The translations under genes were made by a program, and so were the position numbers. 64,000 nt of DNA from an uncultured Nitrospiraceae bacterium (lineage in GTDB: Bacteria; Nitrospirota; Thermodesulfovibrionia; Thermodesulfovibrionales; UBA9159), in assembly GCA_964475485.1 (NCBI GenBank), contig CAYYWY010000007.1, forward strand, positions 15,849-79,848, given 5' to 3'. The notes beneath the pieces are model-generated. The model had not been told where the DNA came from and did not search any database. It worked only from the letters and a program-made list of their open reading frames with translations. This document shows positions 52,702 to 62,342 of this stretch, piece after piece. Each line of letters starts with the position of its first letter. Positions within the stretch are counted from its first letter, which is position 1.

Positions 52702-55700
52702 TCATTTCATCACCGTTTCCTCTTCAGGGTTTATGGCAAACCACCGGTACAGGGCCGGAATCACCAGCAGCGTCAGAATGGTGGACGTGACCAACCCGCC
52801 GATTACTACTGTGGCAAGAGGCCGCTGGACCTCGCTCCCTGTACCGCTCGAAAGGACCATGGGCACAAGTCCGAGCGCTGCGGCTAGTGCCGTCATAAGC
52901 ACCGGCCTTAACCTCAGGCAGGCCCCCTGAATACAGGTCTCCTCCATAGGGAGTCCTCCTCGAAGAAGCTGATTCAGATAGGTCACGAGGACCATGCCGT
53001 TCGCAAGGGCGATACCGAAGAGAGCGATGAACCCGACAGAGGCAGGGACGGAGAGGTTCTGGCCGGTGATCCAGAGGCCCAAAACGCCGCCCACGAGGGC
53101 AAGCGGGATGTTCAGGAGTATCAGGAAGGAGTTCTTCAATGAGCTAAACGACAAATACAGGAGGAGGAACACTATCAGGAACGTGACAGGTATCACCAGT
53201 ATAAGCCTTCTGTTTGCCTCTTGCTGAAGCTCGAATTGCCCTCCCCAGCTGGAAAGATATCCCGGTGGCAGACTGACCTTGGCATTAATCGCGGCCTGGG
53301 CATCCTTCACAAAAGAGCCGATGTCCCGGTTCCTCACATTGCACTGGACTGTGATGAAGCGCTGGTTGTTTTCCCGCGTCACCTGCCGGGGACCCACGAT
53401 TTCTTCAATCTTCGCAAGCTCGGCAAGAGGCACCTTCGGCCCTCCGGGCGCAGGGACAAGGATATTGCCTATCGCCTCGGCACTGTCTCTCGTTCCTTGT
53501 GTATAGCGCACTAGGATGTCAAACCGCTTGATTCCCTCGAAGACTTGTCCCGCCTTCTCACCGCCGACAGCGGTTCTGATAATCTCCTGGACATCCTGCA
53601 CGTTAATGCCGTAACGGGAAATGGCCTGCCGGTTTATCGTTATCCTTAGCTGGGGCGTTCCCGCCGCCTGGTCCTTCTGCACATCCGCCGCACCCGGCAC
53701 TTCCCCGATAACCTTCTCGATCTCCCCGGCCTTTTCTTTCAGCACTTCCAAGTCCGGCCCGAATATCTTGATCGCAATGTCTGCCTTGATGCCGGTCAGA
53801 AGCTCATCAACGGCAGCAGCTATGGGCTGAGTGAAATTGAACTGGACCCCCGGGAAATCCTCAAATGTCTTGCTCATCTTGTAAGTGAGTGCATCAAGGG
53901 ACTTTGCCGTTTTCCATTCACTTCTCGACTTTAATCCTACAAATGCCTCTGCGTTGTTTACAGGGTCCGCATGCGCCCCGACCTCTCCTCTTCCGACACG
54001 CGTTACGACCCTGGTCACTTCGGGGAATTTCGACATGAGCCTCTTTTCGAACCGAAGCATGGTGTCGCGCGCTTCCTCAAGCGAGATGGAGGGTGCCATG
54101 GTTGCGCGGACAAGCATGTCCCCTTCGTTCAGCCGGGGGACGAACTCTGATCCGAGAAAGAAGAAGAGAGCGCCGCCCATGGCTACGAGAAGAAGGGAAA
54201 TTGTGATTGCTGTCTTCGGGCATCTGACGAAGTGGGTCACGGCAGGACGGTAGTACTTTAGAAGCCAGCGAATGGCAAAAACATCGGAATGGCCTTCTTG
54301 AGCGGTTGCCTTTGGCCTTCTTATAAGAAATGTGCCGAGCACGGGGACAAAGAGCATTGCGAAGAAGAGAGAACCGAGCATCGCAAACGACATGGTCTGG
54401 GCGAGGGGCCTGAACGTTTTGCCTTCGACACCCTGGAGAGCGAAGAGGGGGAGAAAGACGATTGCAATGATCAGGAGCGAAAAAAGGATGGGTTTCGCAA
54501 CCTCAATGCATGAGCGGGCGATGACATGGATGAAGGGCTCGTCGGGGTCCGCATCTCTCAGGTGCCGATCTATATTCTCGACCATGACAACAGCGCCATC
54601 GACCAGAAGACCGAGTGCAATCGCAAGGCCGCCGAGGGACATGAGGTTGGCCGAGACTCCGAAATACCGCATGAGGAGAAAGGCGAAGGCGAGAGAGAAG
54701 GGAATCGCGCTCAGCACGACGATGCTCGGACGTATCCCGCCGAGCATGACGAACTGAATGGCGATAACCAGCGCCACAGCTTCAGCAAGTGCTTTTGTGA
54801 CGGTCGCAATACACTTCTTTACAAGCGTTGCCTGATCATAATAGGGGACAACCCTGACCCCGTGCGGGAGTACCTTGTTGATCTCCTCCATCCTTTTCTT
54901 TATGTCGGCAATTACCGTAGAGGTGTTTGTGCCGATCAGTTTGAGCACCATGCCTACGACCGCCTCGCCGGCGCCGTTCATTGTTGCCAGACCTCTTCGG
55001 ATCTCACCGCCGATGGCCACTTCTGCTACTTGGCTCAGAAAGACAGGCGTGCCCTTCCTCGATTTGAGGACGATGTTTTCGAGATCAGAGATCTTTTCGG
55101 CGAGGCCGACGGACCTAACTATGTATTCCTCGGCATTTCTGACGATAAACTGCGCGCCGACGTTAGAGTTATTCGCCTTTACGGACTCGATGATATCCTT
55201 CAGTGAAAGGTCATATCGCAACAGGTCGGGGGGCCTGATCCTGATGTGGAACTGCTTGACTTCGCCGCCGAGGGAGAGCACTTCGGTCACGCCGGGGACT
55301 GTCTGGATGTTGAATTTGATGAGCCAGTCCTGTATCTCGCGCATCTCCTCGGGGGTCCGCTTGCCGGTTTTATCCTCCAGTACATAGAAAAGGACCTGGC
55401 CCAATCCCGTAGAGACCGGTCCCATCTCAGGGACGCCGAACCCTTCGGGTATCTCCTCGCGCGCGTGCTGAAGCCGCTCGTTGACGAGTTGACGGGCAAA
55501 GTAGGTGTCCGTCCCGTCCTTGAAGTAGATGTTTATGACGGAGAGGCCGAAGTTCGAGACAGAGCGGATTTCCTTAAGGTCGGGCAGGCCGCTCATCGCA
55601 GCCTCGACAGGGTAGGTGACATATTTTTCCACTTCCTCGGGCGCAAGTCCCTCCGTCTCTGTGAAGATCTGAACCAAACTCGGCGTAACATCCGGAAAGG

Positions 55701-55812
55701 CGTCAACCGGGAGCTTCACATAGCTGTAATATCCGGCCGCCAGCACCAGCAAGGCGATCATGCTTATGAGGAGACGGTTCCTGAGCGAGAAATAGATTAT
55801 CTTGTCCATCAC
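52702..55812 (-). CDS. Heavy-metal-efflux-type RND inner-membrane pump (CusA/CzcA family)
   Basis: 1036 aa, 12-TM RND architecture, 'GLLVDGAVVMVENI' in TM4, flanked by adaptor and TolC-like genes. Confidence 0.85.
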   Translation of the reverse strand: MMDKIIYFSLRNRLLISMIALLVLAAGYYSYVKLPVDAFPDVTPSLVQIFTETEGLAPEEVEKYVTYPVEAAMSGLPDLKEIRSVSNFGLSVINIYFKDGTDTYFARQLVNERLQHAREEIPEGFGVPEMGPVSTGLGQVLFYVLEDKTGKRTPEEMREIQDWLIKFNIQTVPGVTEVLSLGGEVKQFHIRIRPPDLLRYDLSLKDIIESVKANNSNVGAQFIVRNAEEYIVRSVGLAEKISDLENIVLKSRKGTPVFLSQVAEVAIGGEIRRGLATMNGAGEAVVGMVLKLIGTNTSTVIADIKKRMEEINKVLPHGVRVVPYYDQATLVKKCIATVTKALAEAVALVIAIQFVMLGGIRPSIVVLSAIPFSLAFAFLLMRYFGVSANLMSLGGLAIALGLLVDGAVVMVENIDRHLRDADPDEPFIHVIARSCIEVAKPILFSLLIIAIVFLPLFALQGVEGKTFRPLAQTMSFAMLGSLFFAMLFVPVLGTFLIRRPKATAQEGHSDVFAIRWLLKYYRPAVTHFVRCPKTAITISLLLVAMGGALFFFLGSEFVPRLNEGDMLVRATMAPSISLEEARDTMLRFEKRLMSKFPEVTRVVTRVGRGEVGAHADPVNNAEAFVGLKSRSEWKTAKSLDALTYKMSKTFEDFPGVQFNFTQPIAAAVDELLTGIKADIAIKIFGPDLEVLKEKAGEIEKVIGEVPGAADVQKDQAAGTPQLRITINRQAISRYGINVQDVQEIIRTAVGGEKAGQVFEGIKRFDILVRYTQGTRDSAEAIGNILVPAPGGPKVPLAELAKIEEIVGPRQVTRENNQRFITVQCNVRNRDIGSFVKDAQAAINAKVSLPPGYLSSWGGQFELQQEANRRLILVIPVTFLIVFLLLYLSFSSLKNSFLILLNIPLALVGGVLGLWITGQNLSVPASVGFIALFGIALANGMVLVTYLNQLLRGGLPMEETCIQGACLRLRPVLMTALAAALGLVPMVLSSGTGSEVQRPLATVVIGGLVTSTILTLLVIPALYRWFAINPEEETVMK

Positions 55813-55820
55813 CGTCTCCT

Positions 55821-57035
55821 TTAGTGTGCGTGGCCGTCGCCGAAGGCGCCCTTGCCGAGCTGTGCCTTGAGGGTAAAACCGCCTTTTGCCACGTAGCGCT
55901 GACCGGTCTTGAGTCCTGACGTCACTTCCACGTTCATGTTATCGGACCTGCCTATCTTTATCGGCTGGAGACTGAAGCCCTCGTCAGTTTCGACAAAGAT
56001 CTCCGTCTTCTCGCCCTCCATGACAAGAGCTGTCTTCGGCACGAGGAGAGGAACGTTCACTTCATCCACCATTATCTTCGCGGTTACAAACAGCCCGGGG
56101 CGAAGCACGCTGTTCGGATTGGGCAATACGACGCGGGCGACTGCCGTCCTCGTCTCCTCTCCGGTGACCGGAGAAATATATGAGATGAGCCCTTTTGTGT
56201 CAGGTACCCTGCCGCCTGCCGATATCGTCACCTCCTGACCATTTCTGACGTACGGCATGTCCTTCTGGTAGACACTGATGTTCACCCAGACGGAGCTCAG
56301 GTCGGCGATCACGAAGGCGTCTTTATCGTCCTTCAGATATTCTCCCAACGCGATGTGTTTCTCGAGCACGGTACTGCCGAAAGGTGCCCTGATCTCGTAA
56401 TTTGTATAAGTCACGTCGGGCTGCAATGGGAGTTTTTCGACATATTCTTCGGAAAGGCCCAGCGCATGTAACTTCTGTTCCGCGGACTTCAACTCGATTT
56501 GTGCTTCGTCAAAGGTCTTTCTGGCCTCGAGAAAGTCGATCTCGGGAGAAATTCTCTTCTTCCAGAGCTCTTCTTCGCGCTTCATGTTCGCCCGTGCTAT
56601 TTCAAGCCGTTTGAGAGCGCCGAGGTACGCTGCCTTGGCGTCTGCAAGTTCCCCGCTGTCGATTACAGCGAGGAGTTCTCCAGCCTTCACCGTCTCACCG
56701 GCATTCTTAAGAACCCAGCGAACGACACCTGCAACACGGGGGACGATATGAGCGAGCCTGTTGGCATTCAGAACGATCTCACCGGGGAGCTCACGCTGCA
56801 CCGAGAGTCTCCCGGGACCGGCCTCTTTTACCTCGATGCCGAATTCTTTGATATCCTCGGGGTGGATCTTCACGAGTTTCTTATCGTCCCGTACCTCCTC
56901 CTTCCCTCCACCACGTCTCTCTTCTTTATGTTTTTCGGTCCCTGCCTTCTGAGGAGCCGGTAAATATTTCATCGAAAGCGCTCCGATGATCATTCCGGAA
57001 ATCGCAGCGAATATGATCAGTCCCTTGTTCTTCAT
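55821..57035 (-). CDS. RND periplasmic adaptor (CzcB/CusB-like)
   Basis: 404 aa with an N-terminal anchor, coiled-coil hairpin and beta-barrel domains. Sits between the TolC-like and RND genes. Confidence 0.8.
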   Translation of the reverse strand: MKNKGLIIFAAISGMIIGALSMKYLPAPQKAGTEKHKEERRGGGKEEVRDDKKLVKIHPEDIKEFGIEVKEAGPGRLSVQRELPGEIVLNANRLAHIVPRVAGVVRWVLKNAGETVKAGELLAVIDSGELADAKAAYLGALKRLEIARANMKREEELWKKRISPEIDFLEARKTFDEAQIELKSAEQKLHALGLSEEYVEKLPLQPDVTYTNYEIRAPFGSTVLEKHIALGEYLKDDKDAFVIADLSSVWVNISVYQKDMPYVRNGQEVTISAGGRVPDTKGLISYISPVTGEETRTAVARVVLPNPNSVLRPGLFVTAKIMVDEVNVPLLVPKTALVMEGEKTEIFVETDEGFSLQPIKIGRSDNMNVEVTSGLKTGQRYVAKGGFTLKAQLGKGAFGDGHAH

Positions 57036-57037
57036 TC

Positions 57038-58357
57038 TTATTCCACCTTCTCTTTGGTATCGTTCATTAGAAAAGCGCCGGTCAGTCTCTGAACATCGGC
57101 TTTTGATTTCTGATAGGCGGCAAGGGTTTCCACGTATTTCACCTTGGACTCAAATAGTGTCCTCTGAGTATCGAGAACGTCGAGATAGCCTAACTTCCCG
57201 TAACTGTATCCTTCGTGGACGGCATCGTAGGCACTTTGCAGGGCGGGAAGGACGCTATCTCTCAGTGTCTTCGCTTCAAGGAAGGAGGTTGACAGGGCCT
57301 GGTATGTCTCGGATAGTGCTGTTTGCGCCTTTAAAATGGCCGCCTTTTTTTCTTCCCCTGCCTTCGAAAGCCTTTTTTCCGCCTCCAGTATCCCGCCCTG
57401 ATTTCTGTTGAATATGGGCAGCGGTATTGTCATCCCCATGATGAAGGCGCTGGCGTGCGTTTCGTTAAGCCGTCTTATGCCTCCCGACAGAACTATGTCT
57501 GGAAAGCGGGCTGCTCTTTCCACCTTTAATGCGGCCTTACGTCGTTCAATCTCGTCATCCCACCGGGCGATATCCGGATTGATGGGAACCCGACTTGACA
57601 AGTCCTCATAGGTGGGAATTGAAGGGTCTATATCCAACCTTCCTTCGACTTTCTTGAAGTCAGCCAGGGGGCTTCCCCACGTGGCGGATAAACGCTTTCG
57701 TGCTGCCTCAAGAGAGCGTTTGGCGCGCTCCACTTCTATTCTTGTGAGAGATAATGTGGCTGATGCCTTTGTCTCGTCAATGGGTGAGACCTTTCCGGCC
57801 TGAACACGTGCAGAAGCCGTCCTGAATGCTTCCTCAGCGAGGCGCACGAGTTCTTCGGTCAGGGCCAGGCGGTCCTGTTCTATGACCACATCAATGAATG
57901 CCTTTGATACTTCTGCAACAAGATCGAGCCTCTTTGCCCTGTAGTCCCATTCAGATAGCTCCAGCTCCCGTGCAGCCAGCTCGACCCTCTTCGATATCTT
58001 GCCCCCGAGGAGTATGGGTTGGCTCAAAGTTACGGTTGACTCGGCTGCGTCAAAACGGCGGAACTCCTTGTTACCGTAAAAGTTCTCAAATTCAAGGTTG
58101 AACTCGGGGTTCGGAAGGAGCCGTGATTGCAGAACCAGCGCTTCACGGGCCTTTATCTCTATTAATGATGCCAGAAGATCGGGATTTCTCGAAAAGGCGA
58201 GAGAGAGAGCTTGATTCAAAGTCAGGACTTCCGCGGATGACGGTCTTCCTTTCAGAGCCTGAACGGCGGAATTGACAGGGCCGGCCGTTGCCTGAAATAT
58301 CCAGATCAGGGTTGTCAATAGGGCAACGGGATAAGCTAAGAAATATCTTAAATGCAT
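57038..58357 (-). CDS. TolC-family outer-membrane factor (CzcC-like)
   Basis: 439 aa with a signal peptide and duplicated helical-repeat pattern. First large gene of the operon. Confidence 0.8.
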   Translation of the reverse strand: MHLRYFLAYPVALLTTLIWIFQATAGPVNSAVQALKGRPSSAEVLTLNQALSLAFSRNPDLLASLIEIKAREALVLQSRLLPNPEFNLEFENFYGNKEFRRFDAAESTVTLSQPILLGGKISKRVELAARELELSEWDYRAKRLDLVAEVSKAFIDVVIEQDRLALTEELVRLAEEAFRTASARVQAGKVSPIDETKASATLSLTRIEVERAKRSLEAARKRLSATWGSPLADFKKVEGRLDIDPSIPTYEDLSSRVPINPDIARWDDEIERRKAALKVERAARFPDIVLSGGIRRLNETHASAFIMGMTIPLPIFNRNQGGILEAEKRLSKAGEEKKAAILKAQTALSETYQALSTSFLEAKTLRDSVLPALQSAYDAVHEGYSYGKLGYLDVLDTQRTLFESKVKYVETLAAYQKSKADVQRLTGAFLMNDTKEKVE

Positions 58358-58446
58358 ATAGATCCTCCTCGTGTGATTCTTGCCTCAGGCTGGCGACTCA
58401 GAGGCGTGCTCCTCCATAGAGCATAAGCGGAGAGACTACAGATGAA

Positions 58447-58866
58447 TCAGATAAGGAGGATGACGGTGCGGATGCTTTCGAGATAATCCTTGGATGGTAA
58501 GGGGGGAGAGGGCAGGAAAATATGACCTCCCTGATTCGTCAGAGAGACTGCCCGTGTTTGAAAGACGATAGCGACTGCATCAAGGAAAGACTTTGCATAT
58601 ACGGGCGCTCTTATGGTCAGTGCACTGCTTACAGATGGGATATCGGTGCACGGTCCGCAGCCGTCCTGAGGAGCATCGGTCAGCATTGAGGATACGACAT
58701 GCTTTCCACCCTCCTGATTGTTGCATCCGTCAACGAACTCAATGCCGAAATGTCCGTCTTCTCCAAGGCATAATACAGAGCCCTCCACCCTGAAAACGGC
58801 TGACAGGGCAAACAAAAGTAATAAAGAAGAGACAGGGAGTTTCACGAAGCGCCTCTTTTTACACAT
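58447..58866 (-). CDS. Exported Cys-containing hypothetical protein upstream of the RND operon
   Basis: The ATG at 58866 gives 'MCKKRRFVKLPVSSLLLLFALSAVF', a signal peptide. Contains several Cys, including 'DGCGPC'. Confidence 0.45.
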   Translation of the reverse strand: MCKKRRFVKLPVSSLLLLFALSAVFRVEGSVLCLGEDGHFGIEFVDGCNNQEGGKHVVSSMLTDAPQDGCGPCTDIPSVSSALTIRAPVYAKSFLDAVAIVFQTRAVSLTNQGGHIFLPSPPLPSKDYLESIRTVILLI

Positions 58867-59013
58867 ATTAAGTTCATTCTCACAGATCAAAGTATAATAA
58901 GTCAAGCGATTTCAAAATCCCCTCGGTTTACCGTTTCATCCAGATGACCTTCTGACGGCAGGGGGATTGGTTTCTCGGCCAGTACATGATCACGAAAACG
59001 CCTGAGAGGCATA

Positions 59014-60957
59014 TCATAGTACTGCCATCGCCTGTTTGGCGGCCCTGCGGCCTTCCTCGATCGCTCCGACCCAGTGCTGGTGACCGTTCAGTTCCGAGTG
59101 GCCGAAGGAGATCCTGCCGAAACGCTTCCTGAGAAGATAGCGGGGCGCGGGTGAGCCATCTTTGCCGAAATAGAAGCCCGGCTGCGGATTTACAAACGCA
59201 TGACCCCACCGGTTCAGGATAATTCCTGCGATATCCCTCCTTGGGTCAAATCCCAACCTGCCGAAAAGTCCGAGCATCTGTTCTCTTATTTTCATCTCAT
59301 AAGCAGAATAACCTGTCGAGAGCAGTTCCATGCGCCCCTTAATCCCCTGATCTTTAGCGGGAAGCCCGGGATAATAGAAGGGCACATAGAAAGTTATGAT
59401 AGCCGGCCTTTCAGGATCCAGGGAAGGCCTATAGTCTCCGACGATCATGGGCTGACGGATATTGCAGCTGAAACCGAATCCGTCGAACCACCGGCAGGCC
59501 GTCACTCCAAGCTTGTAAAGGAAACGCCAGTTCGTGACAGCGACATTGACGACCATGAAAGCAGAATGATGGAAATTGCTCAATGCCTGTCCGTATTCCC
59601 CGGGAAGGTCGCTTACGATCCTGCGGCTCACCTGCCCACCTGAAGCCACTACAGCGCAACGCGCCTTCAGGCGGTAAAGCTTCCCTCCCTTAAAATAGGT
59701 GATGAGGAGAAAATCTGATTTCTCCGGCTCGGAATCATGCCTTATCCGGACTGCCGTAGCGCCGAGGCGCATCCTGATACTGTTTTCAGAGTTGTCGAGG
59801 GCTCCGAAGTCGATAGGCCCATTGAGGATGTCTTCGAACCTCACGGAGCCTGAAATTGCCCCGGGGATAAGGGCCTTCACAAGATGACGCACAATGCCGT
59901 CATTGCCTCCCGGAAGGGAATGCCAGTCGCTTTCTTTTATAAGCGCAAGCCTCGAGTATCCTCCCGTAAAACCCTGAAAACCGGGCATCGCCACCTGATA
60001 TGCACCGAAGGCTGAAATGGCATCGCATCCCAAACCGATGCTGCTTGCGAGCACAGGGTCTGCGTACCTTGTGACGGCAGGGTTCAGACCCATCACTTTC
60101 TCGATATAGTTTTTGTAGGTCATGGTATCGAGCCACTGCTCAAAATCGTCGCCTTCATGGTATCTCTTCGTGCCGTCCCTCCAGATGAGAAGGTCCTTTC
60201 TTACCTCCTCGGGAAAGGGACTTCCCTCAAGACGGCGCTTCCATATATCCGGCATCCATCCGGATTCTCCGGTTTGGCGGTCTTTAAAGAGATATCCTAC
60301 GCTCGCGTGGATGTCGTGCCACAGCATGAAGCCGTAGTTTGTTCTGTCGAAGCGGAACATTGCGAGGTCCGGGTTCAAGTTCTGGTATTGGAAGTGACGG
60401 GGAATACCCAGCTCGGAGTATATGCGATAGCCATAAGCGGTGGGCTCATCAATTACGATAAAAGAGTTCGAACCCTGTGGTCCGATCAGTCTCTGGCCAT
60501 TGACAATGAACTCGTTCCGTTTCGCCTCGCCTCCGAAGACCTGATGGTTTTCGAGAATAAGGCACTTCTGACCGGGACGGCTCATCTTCTTGAAGTGATA
60601 GGCAGCCCCCAGTCCGCTCATACCGCCTCCGATGATAACAAGGTCGAAGATCTCTCGTGTATCGGTGACGTCCGCCGCAGCATCCGCGAAACGTCCGTCT
60701 CGCATCTCATGGGCGATTCGTATCACCTCTTCCGTATCGCCATTGGAGTTCGCATAATCGCCTACACCTCCATAACTGTCCCAGGAACCGGCCTGGGCTC
60801 TTAGATGAAGCGGGGCTGGGAGATCCAACAAGAGGGCGCCTGCTCCTATGAGGGTTGCATTGATAAAATCCCTGCGGGTTATTTTTCTGTCGATTCCAAG
60901 GAGGTTTCGATAGCGGGAGGACATTCTTTGTTCCGGCATCTCTTCGCCCCTGTTCAT
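59014..60957 (-). CDS. Tat-exported FAD/NAD(P)-binding oxidoreductase (amine-oxidase-like fold)
   Basis: Tat motif 'ITRRDFINATLIGAGALLL' and dinucleotide fold 'DLVIIGGGMSGLGAAY'. 647 aa. Confidence 0.7.
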   Translation of the reverse strand: MNRGEEMPEQRMSSRYRNLLGIDRKITRRDFINATLIGAGALLLDLPAPLHLRAQAGSWDSYGGVGDYANSNGDTEEVIRIAHEMRDGRFADAAADVTDTREIFDLVIIGGGMSGLGAAYHFKKMSRPGQKCLILENHQVFGGEAKRNEFIVNGQRLIGPQGSNSFIVIDEPTAYGYRIYSELGIPRHFQYQNLNPDLAMFRFDRTNYGFMLWHDIHASVGYLFKDRQTGESGWMPDIWKRRLEGSPFPEEVRKDLLIWRDGTKRYHEGDDFEQWLDTMTYKNYIEKVMGLNPAVTRYADPVLASSIGLGCDAISAFGAYQVAMPGFQGFTGGYSRLALIKESDWHSLPGGNDGIVRHLVKALIPGAISGSVRFEDILNGPIDFGALDNSENSIRMRLGATAVRIRHDSEPEKSDFLLITYFKGGKLYRLKARCAVVASGGQVSRRIVSDLPGEYGQALSNFHHSAFMVVNVAVTNWRFLYKLGVTACRWFDGFGFSCNIRQPMIVGDYRPSLDPERPAIITFYVPFYYPGLPAKDQGIKGRMELLSTGYSAYEMKIREQMLGLFGRLGFDPRRDIAGIILNRWGHAFVNPQPGFYFGKDGSPAPRYLLRKRFGRISFGHSELNGHQHWVGAIEEGRRAAKQAMAVL

Positions 60958-60995
60958 AAAGAACTCATGACGCTATCGGGCGAAGCATGAAGCGA

Positions 60996-62342
60996 TTATC
61001 TTCTCGCAGGCTCATCGATGCCGTATTTCTTCAGCTTGAGATAGAGGGTCTTCCTGTCGATGCCGAGGATCTGGCTTGCCTTTGACTGATTGCCGTTGGA
61101 TTCCTTGAGCACCGTAATGATGTAGTCCCTCTCCATATTCTCCAGGGTGGAGTGTATTCCCTGCTCCCTCTGTGCCTGCACGAAGGGGATCGAGAGGTCT
61201 TCAGCGCTTATATTTTCCGAGTCACAGAGGATCACCGCTCTTTCGATGATGTTCTCCAGTTCCCTTACATTCCCCGGCCAGTCATAATTTCCGAGTGCCT
61301 CCGTTGCCTCGGGGGTAAATCCGGAGATCTCCTTCGACAACTTCTGTCCATATTTTTTCAGAAAATACAGTGAGAGCTCAGGAATATCCTCCTTCCTTTC
61401 CCTGAGAGGGGGGATAGTGATGTTGATGACATTAAGGCGGTAATAGAGATCCTGTCTGAACCCTCCTGTCCTGATGAGGTCGGAGAGATCTTTGTTTGTG
61501 GCTGCGATCACCCGGACATCCACGGAAAGGGTCTTGTTTCCTCCGACCCTCCTGAACTCTCCTGAGTCGAGGAACCGTAGAAGCTTTGCCTGAAGCCCCA
61601 GGGGCATCTCTCCTATCTCATCAAGAAAAAGCGTTCCTTTGTCAGCCACCTCAACTATGCCATACTTGGTCTGGTGTGCACTGGTAAAGGCGCCTTTTTC
61701 GTGCCCGAAAAGTTCTGACTCCATGAGGTTTTCGGAGAGGGTTGCACAGTTCAGGGCGATGAGCGGGAAACCGCTCCTCTTGCTGTAATGCCACAGTGTA
61801 TTTGCCACCAGTTCCTTCCCTGTGCCGCTTTCTCCCTGAATGAAGACTGTGGAATCAGTGGGAGCTATCTTCCGGATGAGGGCGAGGATATTCCTGATCT
61901 TGACGCTCCTTCCGATGAAGTCAACGGGAGATTCCTGCCTGAGCAGTTCCTGCTGGAACTGCTGGTTCCGTATCTTGAGCATACCGTACTCATATGCCCT
62001 GTTTATGACGATCACCAGTTCGTCGAGTTTGTAAGGCTTTGTGAGGTAGTCATATGCGCCGTGTTTCATGGCCTCAACCGCCGTCTCTACGGTGGCCTTG
62101 CCGGTCAGGACAATGATGACCGGCGCTTCCGGGTCGGCCTTCAGCCTTTTCATGAGAGAGACGCCGTCAATGCCGGGCATGATAATATCGAGAAGGACAA
62201 CATCATATGCATTCCGCTTGATGAGATTCACGGCCGTCTCCCCGTCAGGGGCGACTTCCACAGAGAATCCCTTTCTGGAAAGCTCCTTCTTCAGGAGCCT
62301 TCTGAAGGGCTCCTCGTCATCAACTGCCAGTACCCTTATCAT
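60996..62342 (-). CDS. NtrC-family sigma-54-dependent response regulator
   Basis: Receiver '[18 protein letters not shown]', AAA+ 'GESGTGKE', 'GAFTSA' loop, and HTH '[22 protein letters not shown]'. Confidence 0.9.
   Translation of the reverse strand: MIRVLAVDDEEPFRRLLKKELSRKGFSVEVAPDGETAVNLIKRNAYDVVLLDIIMPGIDGVSLMKRLKADPEAPVIIVLTGKATVETAVEAMKHGAYDYLTKPYKLDELVIVINRAYEYGMLKIRNQQFQQELLRQESPVDFIGRSVKIRNILALIRKIAPTDSTVFIQGESGTGKELVANTLWHYSKRSGFPLIALNCATLSENLMESELFGHEKGAFTSAHQTKYGIVEVADKGTLFLDEIGEMPLGLQAKLLRFLDSGEFRRVGGNKTLSVDVRVIAATNKDLSDLIRTGGFRQDLYYRLNVINITIPPLRERKEDIPELSLYFLKKYGQKLSKEISGFTPEATEALGNYDWPGNVRELENIIERAVILCDSENISAEDLSIPFVQAQREQGIHSTLENMERDYIITVLKESNGNQSKASQILGIDRKTLYLKLKKYGIDEPARR

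Noticed and set aside
54526-55824. Several 170-226-aa plus-strand ORFs.
   Set aside because: All are antisense to the 1036-aa RND pump gene, whose frame is uninterrupted and motif-rich.
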